Below, piece by piece: positions 47,401 through 56,789 of a stretch of DNA of 56,789 nucleotides; the stretch's first letter is position 1; the number at the start of each line of letters is the position of its first letter. The stretch is from assembly GCA_045532575.1 (NCBI GenBank), contig JAZSGE010000016.1:1-56789 (forward strand), given 5' to 3'. The position numbers and the translations under genes are program-made. Source of the DNA: Eubacteriales bacterium (GTDB lineage: Bacteria > Bacillota > Clostridia > Oscillospirales > CAG-272). The notes beneath the pieces are model-generated. The model saw only the letters and a list, made by a program, of their open reading frames with translations, was not told the DNA's origin and ran no database searches.

Positions 47401-48237
47401 ATGCAACGACTGCTTCTCGATATCCGGCGCCATCGGCGCGGCATCACCGATCTTTTCGTCTTGGCGCTCTTTGGCGCCGTCGGACTGATCCTTGCGCTCT
47501 CGGAGTCCTCCTTTTACCTGATCTTTGCCCCCTTCGCTCCGCGCATTGTGTATGAGGTCTTCCGCGCGGTCTCGGGGGAGGTGGGCGAGCTTACCCTTCT
47601 GACGGTCGGCATCTTTTTGGCCCTTTGCCTTGCCGCCCTTTGGTTTTTCCTCTGGTATTACGCGCGCCGCAGTCGCCGCGCCCTCGGGCTTGCCGCCGCC
47701 CTTTATGCGCTCGATACCCTCGGGCTCGCGCTTTTTTCCTTCCGCACCTCGTATGCCTACGGGATGGCGGACACCCTCTTTCATCTTCTGGCCTTGGTGT
47801 CGCTCCTCCGCGCTCTTGCGGCCGCACGCCGTATCGAGACGGCGCCCGCGCCCGAGGCGGCCGAGCTTGCGGCCATGCTGACGAGCCTTGCCCCCCTGCC
47901 CCCCGAGCTTTCCCCCGGGGATGCGGTCGGGGATGCGCCTGCCGATGTGGCCGATACCGTGCCGCTCCGCGAGGCGGTGCCGCGCCGCCGCGTCCTCTTT
48001 GCGCGACAGCACGAGGGACTTTCGATCCTTGTGACCCGCTCCTACGGACTCACCGAGCTCACTGTCAACGGAAAGGTATATGCCGAGGTGCGTGGCGTTA
48101 TAGAGCTTGCCTATACGCTCTCAGCGACCGTTGAGGGGCACAGGATCACGGTGCGCTTTCATCCAGGGGCCTTCTTCGCCACGATGCTGCTCATCGTGGA
48201 CGGGTGCCTCGTTGCCGTATTGCGGCGCTATCATTGA
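47401..48237 (+). CDS. Hypothetical membrane protein (multi-TM N-terminus, soluble beta C-terminal domain)
   Basis: GGAGG RBS, TTGACA/TACAAT promoter at 47332-47360, hydrophobic segments. Confidence 0.7.
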   Translation: MQRLLLDIRRHRRGITDLFVLALFGAVGLILALSESSFYLIFAPFAPRIVYEVFRAVSGEVGELTLLTVGIFLALCLAALWFFLWYYARRSRRALGLAAALYALDTLGLALFSFRTSYAYGMADTLFHLLALVSLLRALAAARRIETAPAPEAAELAAMLTSLAPLPPELSPGDAVGDAPADVADTVPLREAVPRRRVLFARQHEGLSILVTRSYGLTELTVNGKVYAEVRGVIELAYTLSATVEGHRITVRFHPGAFFATMLLIVDGCLVAVLRRYH

Positions 48238-48310
48238 AATGACCAAGGGGGCGCAGGAAAAGTCCCCCGGAAAAGGGAGTTACACCGATTTTTGGGTGTA
48301 ATTCCTTTTT

Positions 48311-48850
48311 TTACGGCGTTTCCTCGAGGTGGTCGAGGATGGCGACGGGGTCGTCACTGACAAAGAGAAGCGCGAGATCGCCCGCGGGCAGGAAGGCCTC
48401 CCTCTCCATATGGCAAAGGAGCGCCAGGAGAGAATCGTAAAAGCCGTCGGTATTCAGGACGGCGATCCTCTTTTGGATGCGCCCGAGGTGGCGGAGGGTG
48501 AAGATCTCGAAGAATTCCTCGAGCGTGCCGATGCCGCCGGGCGTGACGATGAAGGCATCCGAAAGGTCCTCCATCAGCTGCTTGCGCTCACGCATCGTTT
48601 CGGTCGAGTGGAAGGCGGTGCAATGGGGCGAGAAGGCGCCGTCGGGAAAGAAGGTGGGGGCAACGCCGATGATCTCGGCAGAGGGGATGCGCGAGGCGCC
48701 CCGTGCCGTGGCCCCCATCAGCCCGCGGCCGCCACCGCCGAAGACGAGGCCGTGGCCGCGCCGTGCGATCTCCTCGCCAAGCGCCTCGCCCGCCGCGAGA
48801 AAGTCGGCGCGGATCTCATCGCTGGCCGAGCCGTAAATGCAGAATCTCAT
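48311..48850 (-). CDS. LOG family nucleotide phosphoribohydrolase (TIGR00730)
   Basis: FGGG..GLMG, M.ERK.LM...SDAF...PGGIGTLEE. Confidence 0.92.
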   Translation of the reverse strand: MRFCIYGSASDEIRADFLAAGEALGEEIARRGHGLVFGGGGRGLMGATARGASRIPSAEIIGVAPTFFPDGAFSPHCTAFHSTETMRERKQLMEDLSDAFIVTPGGIGTLEEFFEIFTLRHLGRIQKRIAVLNTDGFYDSLLALLCHMEREAFLPAGDLALLFVSDDPVAILDHLEETP

Positions 48851-48981
48851 AGGTCTCTCCTTGCATGGGGCGCGCCTCTTGGCGCCGTTCCACGGCGCCC
48901 TTGGGCGACACGCCCTTTTCTTTTTTCTCATATTGTAAGTATACCCGAAAGCGGCGCGCTTGTCAATTACCTCGCCTGTCC

Positions 48982-49140
48982 CCTTCGCACGGCGGCGCGC
49001 CTTTCCTCCGCGCATTACCCCCCGCGCGGTGGCGCAGCCTTCACTCTGAGCCTTGCCCCCCTGTGCCCACATCCTCGCGCGGCGCGGCCTTCACTTCACG
49101 TATTACCCCCCTCGCGCGGCGCGCCTCTCTCACGATTTTT
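48982..49140. repeat. About four degenerate GC-rich ~37-50 bp tandem units
   Basis: Recurring CC(T)CGCGCGG..CGCGCCTT...ATTACCCCC at about 48982, 49021, 49073 and 49110. Confidence 0.5.
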
Positions 49141-49208
49141 TCGCGCCGGGAGGCGAGAAATAGCGGCGACATCCGTCGCGAGTCTTCAAAAATAAAAAGA
49201 AAACTATA

Positions 49209-49251
49209 CAAAAATATGCGTCACACAAAAGCTGTGTGACGCATATTTTGT
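49209..49251 (-). terminator. Terminator after spoVG
   Basis: AAAATATGCGTCACACA/TGTGTGACGCATATTTT stem with a U-tract on the - strand. Confidence 0.8.
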
Positions 49252-49263
49252 TAGAGCGCCCGA

Positions 49264-49575
49264 TCAAAGATATTCGGGAGCCTCCTCGCGCTCGGCCTCG
49301 GCCTCGTTCTCGCGGTAGGCGATCAGCTGCACATTGTAGGCATCGATAACGGCGTTTTCAAGCTCGGCACGGAAGGCGGCGTTGATGGGGTGCACGATAT
49401 CACGGTAGGTACCGTCGGGATTCTTTCTTGAGGGCATCACGATAAAGTAGCGATCTCTTGCGTAGATCACCTTGATGTCGTGTACGGCAAGGGCCTCGTC
49501 AAAGGTGACGGAGACGACCGCCTTCATCGGGCCGTCGTCAAAGAATTTGCGGATTTTGATGTCTGTGATCTGCAT
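49264..49575 (-). CDS. spoVG: Septation regulator SpoVG
   Basis: MQITDIKIR..MKAVVSVTFD..VHDIKVI..MPSRK..DG.YRDIVHPIN. Confidence 0.95.
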   Translation of the reverse strand: MQITDIKIRKFFDDGPMKAVVSVTFDEALAVHDIKVIYARDRYFIVMPSRKNPDGTYRDIVHPINAAFRAELENAVIDAYNVQLIAYRENEAEAEREEAPEYL

Positions 49576-49753
49576 GGGTTCGATTCCTTTCGTTTGAAAC
49601 GTATGCTTCTTGATTTTTATTATACTCCGAGAATATGACCTGGGGGAGACAACATTGTGAATTTTTTCCACAGAACTTGTTAAGAAGTTAACGCATTCCG
49701 GGCTGTTTACGTGTCTTTTTCTTGATCTTTGATGAAGGAAGGCGGTTTTTGCG

Positions 49754-51157
49754 ATGGACAATACGATGTACGGAAAAACGGGAGAGCTTTCGGTATGGCT
49801 CCGCGGTGCGCGGCGCCTGCATATGATCGGGATCCTCGGCGCGGGGATGCGTCCGCTTGCGCGCATGGCGCATGACCTCGGGTATACCGTGACGGGGTCG
49901 GATGACCGCGCGACCGAGGGGATGAGCCTTGAGGAGGGGGCGATCCCCGTCTCGCCTCCCTCGGCGGACGGTGCTATTATAGACGCGGAATTGGCGGTTT
50001 ATTCAACCGCCGTCACAAAAGATCATCCCGAGGTCGCGGCGGCGACGGCGCGCGGCATTCCGCTTGTGTCGCGGGCCGATCTCTTCGGTGAGCTAATGCG
50101 CGCCTATCCCACCCGCATCGGGGTGGCGGGCACCCACGGCAAGAGCACGACGACGGCGATGTGCGGCGCCCTGCTGGCGGCGGGGGGACTGCATCCGACG
50201 CTGACCGTGGGGGCGCCCCTTGCGGGTGAGAGTGACGGCTATCGTCACGGGGGCGGAGAGGCTCTCGTATTTGAGGCGTGCGAGTACGGGAGGGCCTTCC
50301 TTTCCTTTGCCCCGACGGTGGCTGTCCTGACCAATGCGGCGTGGGATCATCCCGATTGCTTCCGTACGCCGGGAGAGGCGCTTGAGGCCTTTGGGGCTTA
50401 CCTGTCGCTCCCCTCGGTCGAGGCCGCCGTCATCAATTTTGACGATCCGGGAGCACGCCGCGCGGCGGCCACCCTCTCGGTGCCTGTCATCACCTTTGGC
50501 CTTGGGGAGGAGGCGGACGTCCGTGCCACAGGGCTTGCGGTGGGGGAGGGGGGATGCGTGAGTTTTACCCTCCTTGACCGTGGGAAGGCGCTCGGACGGG
50601 TGACATTGGCCATCCCCGGGCGGCACAATGTCGAAAACGCCCTGGCGGCGGCGGCCGCCGCGCGTGTCGCCGGTGTTCCGGAGGAGGCCATCGTCCGTGG
50701 GCTTTCCTCCTTTGCGGGGGTCGGGCGCCGCACGCAGTATCGCGGTACGGTGGACGGTGTCCGCTATTACGACGACTATGCCCATCACCCGACCGAGATC
50801 GAGGCCTCGCTTGCGGCGGTGCGGGGGCACGGGCGTCTCTTTTGCGTGTATCAGCCGCATACGTACAGCCGTACAGCCGGCTTTTTTGATGAGTTCTGCC
50901 GCGCGCTTTCCCTCGCCGATCGGGTCATTGTGACCGAGACCTACGCCGCGCGCGAGAGCGAGGAGGCGGGGGTGGGGAGCCGCGCCCTTGCGGCAGGCAT
51001 CGGCAGGGGGGCGGTGTATCTGCCGACACCCGAGGTCGCCGCGCTTTGGCTCCGTGGGCATCTCGCCCCCGGGGATACCGTCATTGTGATGGGGGCGGGG
51101 GATGTGGCCGAGCGCTTCTTCGGGCGGGGCTCCCCCCTTGCCTGCCCGAAGGAATGA
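49754..51157 (+). CDS. murC: UDP-N-acetylmuramate--L-alanine ligase
   Basis: IGI.GAGM, GTHGKSTTT, EACEY, DH.D, DDYAHHPTEI, QPHTYSRT and MGAGD. Confidence 0.95.
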   Translation: MDNTMYGKTGELSVWLRGARRLHMIGILGAGMRPLARMAHDLGYTVTGSDDRATEGMSLEEGAIPVSPPSADGAIIDAELAVYSTAVTKDHPEVAAATARGIPLVSRADLFGELMRAYPTRIGVAGTHGKSTTTAMCGALLAAGGLHPTLTVGAPLAGESDGYRHGGGEALVFEACEYGRAFLSFAPTVAVLTNAAWDHPDCFRTPGEALEAFGAYLSLPSVEAAVINFDDPGARRAAATLSVPVITFGLGEEADVRATGLAVGEGGCVSFTLLDRGKALGRVTLAIPGRHNVENALAAAAAARVAGVPEEAIVRGLSSFAGVGRRTQYRGTVDGVRYYDDYAHHPTEIEASLAAVRGHGRLFCVYQPHTYSRTAGFFDEFCRALSLADRVIVTETYAARESEEAGVGSRALAAGIGRGAVYLPTPEVAALWLRGHLAPGDTVIVMGAGDVAERFFGRGSPLACPKE

Positions 51158-51244
51158 GCCTTTGCTTCTTTTTTGGCCTTCTCCCCTTGATTTTTAACTA
51201 TAACTATGGTATGATTTATAAGTAAAAAATATTCGGAGACCGAA

Positions 51245-52633
51245 ATGGAAATTCTAAAGGCACCGCTCCCCCTTGAGGCGATCGAGCGTGTACGACAACT
51301 GAATACCGCGCGTGCCGCCTGCGGCAAGTGCGTCGGCGTGTGCGTTCTGACCTTCGGCTGTCAGCAGAACGAGGCGGACAGCGAGTCGCTCCTCGGCCTT
51401 GCCTCGATGATGGGCTATATCCCCGTCGAGCGGCCCGAGGAGGCCTCGCTCATCCTCGTCAATACCTGCGCCATCCGCGAGCACGCCGAGCAAAAGGTGC
51501 TCTCGGTCATCGGCGGCCTCAAGCGCTACCGTGAGAAGGGCGAGGTGCTGATCGGTGTCCTTGGCTGTATGACGGCCGAGGAGCACCGCATCGAGCAGCT
51601 GAAGAAGAGCTATCCCTACGTGGATTTCACGCTGGACCCTGCCTCGCTCTCGCGCCTGCCCTCGGCGGTGGCCGATCGGCTTGCGGGCGGCCCCCGTGCC
51701 TTTTTGCGGAGCGATGCCCCGACGGTGACCGAGGGGATCGAGCCCTATCGGCGTGATGTGCGCCACGCCTCGGTCAGCATCATGTACGGCTGCAATAACT
51801 TCTGCTCCTATTGCATCGTGCCCTATGTGCGCGGTCGTGAGAGGAGCCGCTCGGCCGAGGACATCGTGCGTGAGGTCAAGGCGCTCATCGAGCGCGGTGC
51901 CCGTGACATCATGCTCCTCGGGCAGAACGTCAACTCCTACGCCGGCGAATGCGATTTTGCTGCCCTGCTTGACCGCCTGGCGGCGCTTGACGGCGACTTC
52001 CTCCTGCGCTTTATGACCAGCCATCCGAAGGATGTCTCGGATCGCCTGATCGAGGTCATCGGGAAAAGAGAGAAGATCGCCCCCGCCTTTCATCTCCCTC
52101 TGCAATCGGGGAGCGACCGCATCCTGCGCGCCATGAACCGCCGCTACGATACCGAGCGCTATCTCGGCATCGTCGATAAGCTCCGCGCGGCGCGCCCCGG
52201 GATCGTCCTGACGAGCGATATCATCGTGGGGTTCCCCGGGGAGGAGGAGAGCGACTTCGAGGCGACCCTCGAGATCCTCCGCCGGGTGCGCTACGATATG
52301 GTCTATTCCTTCCTCTATTCACGGCGCCGCGGCACCCCCGCCGCCACGATGGAGGGGTATCTCTCCGAGGAGGTGCGGGCCGACCGTATGCGCCGCCTCC
52401 TCTCGCTCTCGACCGAGATCGCGGGTGAGATCGGTAAGACCTATGAGGGTAAGACCCTCCGCGTTCTGGTGGACGGGCCCTCAAACGCCGATAAGGCGAT
52501 CCTTTCGGGGAGAACGGCGGGCGGTAAGCTCGTGCATTTCCCCGGTGACCCCACGCTTTCGGGTGAATGGAAGCAGGTACATATCGAAAGAGCCGATGCC
52601 TATGCCATGCACGGCACGATTCAAGAAAAGTGA
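51245..52633 (+). CDS. miaB: tRNA-i6A37 methylthiotransferase
   Basis: TFGCQQN..DSE, NTCAIRE.AE.K, GCNNFCSYCIVPYVRGRERSR, TSHP and TRAM domain. Confidence 0.96.
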   Translation: MEILKAPLPLEAIERVRQLNTARAACGKCVGVCVLTFGCQQNEADSESLLGLASMMGYIPVERPEEASLILVNTCAIREHAEQKVLSVIGGLKRYREKGEVLIGVLGCMTAEEHRIEQLKKSYPYVDFTLDPASLSRLPSAVADRLAGGPRAFLRSDAPTVTEGIEPYRRDVRHASVSIMYGCNNFCSYCIVPYVRGRERSRSAEDIVREVKALIERGARDIMLLGQNVNSYAGECDFAALLDRLAALDGDFLLRFMTSHPKDVSDRLIEVIGKREKIAPAFHLPLQSGSDRILRAMNRRYDTERYLGIVDKLRAARPGIVLTSDIIVGFPGEEESDFEATLEILRRVRYDMVYSFLYSRRRGTPAATMEGYLSEEVRADRMRRLLSLSTEIAGEIGKTYEGKTLRVLVDGPSNADKAILSGRTAGGKLVHFPGDPTLSGEWKQVHIERADAYAMHGTIQEK

Positions 52634-52642
52634 GGAACGATC

Positions 52643-53035
52643 ATGACTGTCAAGGAAGCATCCAAGATTCTCGGTGAGGCACTCGCCAAGGAGAGCGCCG
52701 TCATCACCTTCAACGCCGCCAAGCAGGCCTACGATGCCGACGGCGAGCTTTCGGCCATGCTGGCCGAGTACCGCACGGCGCGCACCCTCCTTGGGGAGCT
52801 GTACGCCAAGCCCGAGTCCACCGAGGAGGAGGCTCGCTCGGCCGATGCGCTCAATACCCGTGTTGCCGAGCTGACCGATGCGATCCGCTCGCATCCCGTC
52901 TACCGCGCCCTTGAGGAGGCACAGGGGGCTGTGAATGAGCTGATGGCCGCCGTCAACGCCGATCTCTCCTTCTACGCCTTTGGCGAGACCCCCGGCTGCT
53001 CGCACGACTGCTCGCATTGCAGCGGCTGTCACTGA
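52643..53035 (+). CDS. YlbF/YmcA (Ric) family regulator with a Cys-rich tail
   Basis: Helical 130 aa ending GCSHDCSHCSGCH; miaB-ymcA-mutSL synteny. Confidence 0.8.
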   Translation: MTVKEASKILGEALAKESAVITFNAAKQAYDADGELSAMLAEYRTARTLLGELYAKPESTEEEARSADALNTRVAELTDAIRSHPVYRALEEAQGAVNELMAAVNADLSFYAFGETPGCSHDCSHCSGCH

Positions 53036-53036
53036 G

Positions 53037-55661
53037 ATGTCGAACGTGATCGCGGTGGCGGCCGAGCTCGAGCGGCCGTCGCCCATGATGGCGCAGTACC
53101 TCGAGATCAAGGGGCAATACGCCGATTATATCCTCCTTTACCGCCTTGGCGACTTCTTTGAATGCTTTTTCGAGGATGCCGTCACGGTCTCGCGCGAGCT
53201 TGAGCTCACCCTGACGGGGCGCGACTGCGGAGAGGGCCTGCGCGCCACGATGTGTGGCGTTCCCTTCCATAAGGCCGACGTGTACATCGGGAAGCTCGTG
53301 GAGCTTGGCCATAAGGTCGCGGTCTGTGAGCAGACCGAGGACCCGGCGACCGCCAAGGGCATCGTGCGCCGCGAGGTCGTGCGTGTCGTCACGCCCGGCA
53401 CCGTCACCGATTCGGATGCCCTTGAGGAGGGGAGCAACAACTACCTGGCCGCCCTGGCCTACGGGGCGACGGGGGTCGGCCTTGCTGTGGCCGATGTCTC
53501 CACGGGCCAGGTGCACGCGACCCTGATCGCCGGGGAGGACAGGCTCACGCGCTTAAAGAACGAGCTGGCGGTCTTTTCGCCCCGCGAGGCCATCCTCAAT
53601 ATCGCGGCCGACGGCTGTCGCGAGATCGTCGAGTTCCTGACCGAGCGCTTCCATACGCGCATCGAGGAGCGCGCGACTCGCCTTTTTGACCTTGAAAAGG
53701 CCCATGCCGAGGCCGAGCTCTGCTTTGGCGAGCGTGCCGCGGCTCTCGATAACGATACGACCCTCTCGGCCGTCGGCGCACTGCTCAGCTACATCCGCGA
53801 GACCCAGAAGTGCGCCCCGACCTTTGCCCGTGAGCTGACCGTCTATACCGACGGACAGTATATGGAGCTCGATATGGCCACGCGGCGCAACCTTGAGCTC
53901 GTTGACAGCATGCGCTCGAAGGAGAAGCGAGGCACTCTCCTCTGGGTCCTTGATAAGACCAAGACCTCGATGGGGGCGCGCCTGCTCCGCTCGTGGGTGC
54001 TCCGCCCCCTCATCTCGGTGAACGATATCCGCCGCCGCCAGGGCGCTGTCGGCGATTTCGTTACCCGGTATCTCCTCCGCGAGGAGCTGCGCGAGATCCT
54101 TTCGCACGTCCTTGACCTTGAGCGCCTGTGCGCCCGTGTGGTGTACGGGAGCGCCAACGCGCGCGATCTGCGCGCTATCGCCACGAGCCTTGCCGAGCTC
54201 CCCACCCTCCGCGCACTCCTTGACGGCTGTACGAGCGCCGGCATTACCGAGCTCGCCACCGATCTTGATCCCCTCTACGATGTCTTTTCCCTGATCGAGG
54301 AGGCGATCGTCGATACGCCTCCCGCCACCGTCCGTGAGGGCGGCATGATCAAGCCGGGCTATCATGCCGATGTGGATTACCTCCGCGGCATCCGTGAAAA
54401 CGGCAAGGGCTGGCTCGAGGAGATCGAGGCGAGAGAGAAGGAGGCCACGGGCATCAAGGGGCTGAAGGTCGGCTATAACAAGGTCTTCGGCTATTATATC
54501 GAGGTCACCAAGTCGAACACCGATCAGGTGCCCGACCGTTACATACGCAAGCAAACGCTCACCAACTGCGAGCGGTATATCACCGAGCAGCTCAAGGAGA
54601 TGGAGACCACCATCCTCGGCGCCGCCGATAAGCTCGCGGCCCTTGAGTACGAGCTCTTTACCGAGATCCGCCTGGCGACCGCCGCGGCCGCCGCCAGGAT
54701 CCAGGATACCGCCGCCCGTCTCGCCGCCCTCGACTGTTATCTGTCGCTCGCCGAGGTGGCCTCGAAGAACAACTACGTGTGTCCCGAGGTCGACGGGAGC
54801 GGTGAGCTCACGATCCGGGATGGCCGCCATCCTGTGGTCGAGCGCTTTGTGAAGAGCAGCTACTTCGTCCCGAACGATACCGACCTTGACGTTGAGGGCG
54901 AGCGCCTCTATCTCATCACAGGCCCGAATATGGCGGGTAAATCCACCTATATGCGCCAGGTGGCGCTCATCACGCTGATGGCCCAGATCGGCTCCTACGT
55001 GCCGGCGCGCGAGGCCGTCATCGGTATTGCCGACAAGATCTTCACCCGTGTCGGCGCCTCGGACGACCTGGCCTCGGGGCAATCGACCTTTATGCTCGAG
55101 ATGAACGAGGTGGCGCACATCCTTGAGAACGCAACACCGCGCTCTCTCATCATCTACGACGAGGTCGGGCGCGGCACCAGCACCTATGACGGTATGTCGA
55201 TCGCGCGTGCTGTGGTCGAATACACGCACAAGCGGATCGGTGCCCGTACCCTCTTTGCGACGCATTACCATGAGCTGACGTCGATGGAGGCCGAGTTCCC
55301 CGGCATCGTCAACTACAATATCGCCGCCAAGAAGCGCGGCGACGGCATCGTGTTCCTCCGCAAGATCGTGCGCGGTGCGACCGATGACAGCTACGGCATC
55401 GAGGTCGCTAAGCTCGCCGGTGTCCCCGGCGAGGTCATCCGCTCGGCGCGAAAGATCCTTGCGGACATTGAGGCGGGCACCCCCGGGGGTAAGCCCGTGG
55501 CAAAGGCGGCGACCGAGGCACCGCTCGACCTCTTCTCAACGGTCAAGAGCAGTGAGGCCGATGAGGCCGCCGAGCGGATCCGTGCCGTCGATCTGAACAC
55601 CCTGACCCCGATCGAGGCCATGAATCTTCTGTTCGAGCTCAAGCGGATGCTCGGAAACTGA
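53037..55661 (+). CDS. mutS: DNA mismatch repair protein MutS
   Basis: PMM.QY, RLGDFFECF, MCGVP, TGPNMAGKSTYMRQ, SGQSTF, DEVGRGTST and SYGIEVA. Confidence 0.97.
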   Translation: MSNVIAVAAELERPSPMMAQYLEIKGQYADYILLYRLGDFFECFFEDAVTVSRELELTLTGRDCGEGLRATMCGVPFHKADVYIGKLVELGHKVAVCEQTEDPATAKGIVRREVVRVVTPGTVTDSDALEEGSNNYLAALAYGATGVGLAVADVSTGQVHATLIAGEDRLTRLKNELAVFSPREAILNIAADGCREIVEFLTERFHTRIEERATRLFDLEKAHAEAELCFGERAAALDNDTTLSAVGALLSYIRETQKCAPTFARELTVYTDGQYMELDMATRRNLELVDSMRSKEKRGTLLWVLDKTKTSMGARLLRSWVLRPLISVNDIRRRQGAVGDFVTRYLLREELREILSHVLDLERLCARVVYGSANARDLRAIATSLAELPTLRALLDGCTSAGITELATDLDPLYDVFSLIEEAIVDTPPATVREGGMIKPGYHADVDYLRGIRENGKGWLEEIEAREKEATGIKGLKVGYNKVFGYYIEVTKSNTDQVPDRYIRKQTLTNCERYITEQLKEMETTILGAADKLAALEYELFTEIRLATAAAAARIQDTAARLAALDCYLSLAEVASKNNYVCPEVDGSGELTIRDGRHPVVERFVKSSYFVPNDTDLDVEGERLYLITGPNMAGKSTYMRQVALITLMAQIGSYVPAREAVIGIADKIFTRVGASDDLASGQSTFMLEMNEVAHILENATPRSLIIYDEVGRGTSTYDGMSIARAVVEYTHKRIGARTLFATHYHELTSMEAEFPGIVNYNIAAKKRGDGIVFLRKIVRGATDDSYGIEVAKLAGVPGEVIRSARKILADIEAGTPGGKPVAKAATEAPLDLFSTVKSSEADEAAERIRAVDLNTLTPIEAMNLLFELKRMLGN

Positions 55662-55680
55662 CCGATAGTAAGGAGTAACA

Positions 55681-56789
55681 ATGGGAAAGATCAACCTCTT
55701 GACCGAGGAGGTCGCTAATCTGATCGCGGCGGGCGAGGTCGTTGACCGCCCTGCCTCGGTCCTGAAGGAGCTGCTCGAGAATGCCATCGATGCGGGGGCT
55801 ACCGAGGTCACCGCCGAGATCGGCCGTGGCGGCGTTGGTCTCATCCGTGTCAGCGACAACGGGTGCGGCATCGCCTCCGAGGATCTCCCCGTGGCCCTTC
55901 AGCGCCACGCGACGAGCAAAATACGGAATGCCGAGGATCTCGATGCGATCCTGACGCTCGGCTTCCGCGGTGAGGCGCTGGCCGCGATTGCCGGTGTCTC
56001 CTGCCTTGAGATCGTTACCCGCACCGAGGAGGCCGCCGCCGGCACCATCCTTGTGGCCGAGTACGGCAGGATCACCGAGGTCTCGGAGGTCGGCTGTCGT
56101 GTCGGCACGACGGTCGTTGTGCGTGAGCTGTTCGGCAATGTGCCCGCGCGCCGTAAATTCCTGAAGAAGGATGCCACCGAGGCGATGGCGGCCACCGCCT
56201 ACGCCGAGAAGGTGGCCCTCTCCCACCCCGAGATAGCGCTCGAGCTGATCGTCGACGGGGTCACGAAGTTCCGCACCCCGGGGGACGGCGACCTTCTCGC
56301 TGTGCTCCACGCCGTTGAGGGGCGCGAGTTTGCCAAGAAGCTGCTTCCCGTCAAGGGCGAGATGGCGGGGATGACCCTCCATGGCTTTGTCGGTCGGAGC
56401 GACAACGTGGCCGGCACGCGCAACCGCCAGAGCTTTTTTATCAACGGCCGTTATATCCGCAGTAAGACCATGCAGGCCGCCGTCGAGCAGGCCTTCACCT
56501 CCTATATCGCCCCCGGGAAGTTCCCGGCGGCCGCCCTCTTCCTGACCATTGCGCCGGGGGCGGTGGACGTTAACGTCCACCCCGCCAAGCTCGAGATCCG
56601 TTTCTCGGACGAGCGCCCGGTCTTTGAGATCGTCTATCACGCTGTGCGCGGCGCCCTCTCCGAGGCGGCCTACCGCCCCGAGCTGACACCGCCGCCCACA
56701 GCGCACCCCCCGCGGGAAAACCCTGTGCCGAGGAGTGAGCCGATCCGCATGGCGATCCCGCCGATGGCGGAACGGCCGACGCCCACCCC
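55681..56789 (+). CDS. mutL: DNA mismatch repair protein MutL (5' part, runs off the window)
   Basis: Own translation: MGKINLL..IAAGEVVDRPASVLKELLENAIDAG, DNGCGI, RHATSKI, TLGFRGEAL and VDVNVHPAK. Confidence 0.96.
   Translation, partial: MGKINLLTEEVANLIAAGEVVDRPASVLKELLENAIDAGATEVTAEIGRGGVGLIRVSDNGCGIASEDLPVALQRHATSKIRNAEDLDAILTLGFRGEALAAIAGVSCLEIVTRTEEAAAGTILVAEYGRITEVSEVGCRVGTTVVVRELFGNVPARRKFLKKDATEAMAATAYAEKVALSHPEIALELIVDGVTKFRTPGDGDLLAVLHAVEGREFAKKLLPVKGEMAGMTLHGFVGRSDNVAGTRNRQSFFINGRYIRSKTMQAAVEQAFTSYIAPGKFPAAALFLTIAPGAVDVNVHPAKLEIRFSDERPVFEIVYHAVRGALSEAAYRPELTPPPTAHPPRENPVPRSEPIRMAIPPMAERPTPT

Noticed and set aside
51245-56789. miaB-ylbF/ymcA-mutS-mutL cluster as a novel system
   Set aside because: Well-known conserved Firmicutes arrangement

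Overview
A GC-rich chromosomal window, most likely from an uncultured spore-forming Clostridia/Oscillospirales-type bacterium (inferred from spoVFA/B, spoVG, a clostridial DnaD/DnaC pair and sigma-A promoters). It is mostly housekeeping: pfkA, pncC, holA, pncB, leuS, GS-III, rimI, tsaD, pgsA, rimO, ftsZ, murC, miaB, mutS and a partial mutL. A central accessory block (about 27-45.5 kb) holds two SDRs, an XRE-linked pair of surface proteins with cohesin-like and dockerin-like modules, an Ntn-hydrolase/GH3 couple, an SGNH hydrolase, a C39-like peptidase, GH28, GH27/36, GH4, MATE and AraC. I saw no rRNA, tRNA, CRISPR array, transposase or integrase. The most notable observations are: a mirror-symmetric heptamer+hairpin intergenic array (45330-45507) with a smaller look-alike (21826-21886); a non-cellulosomal cohesin-dockerin display pair with a candidate XRE switch; a LeuRS with Gly in place of the editing Asp; a catalytically degenerate MgsA; a truncated TIR-like microprotein; and paired REP/MITE-like hairpins. 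All calls come from reading motifs by eye; no searches were run.
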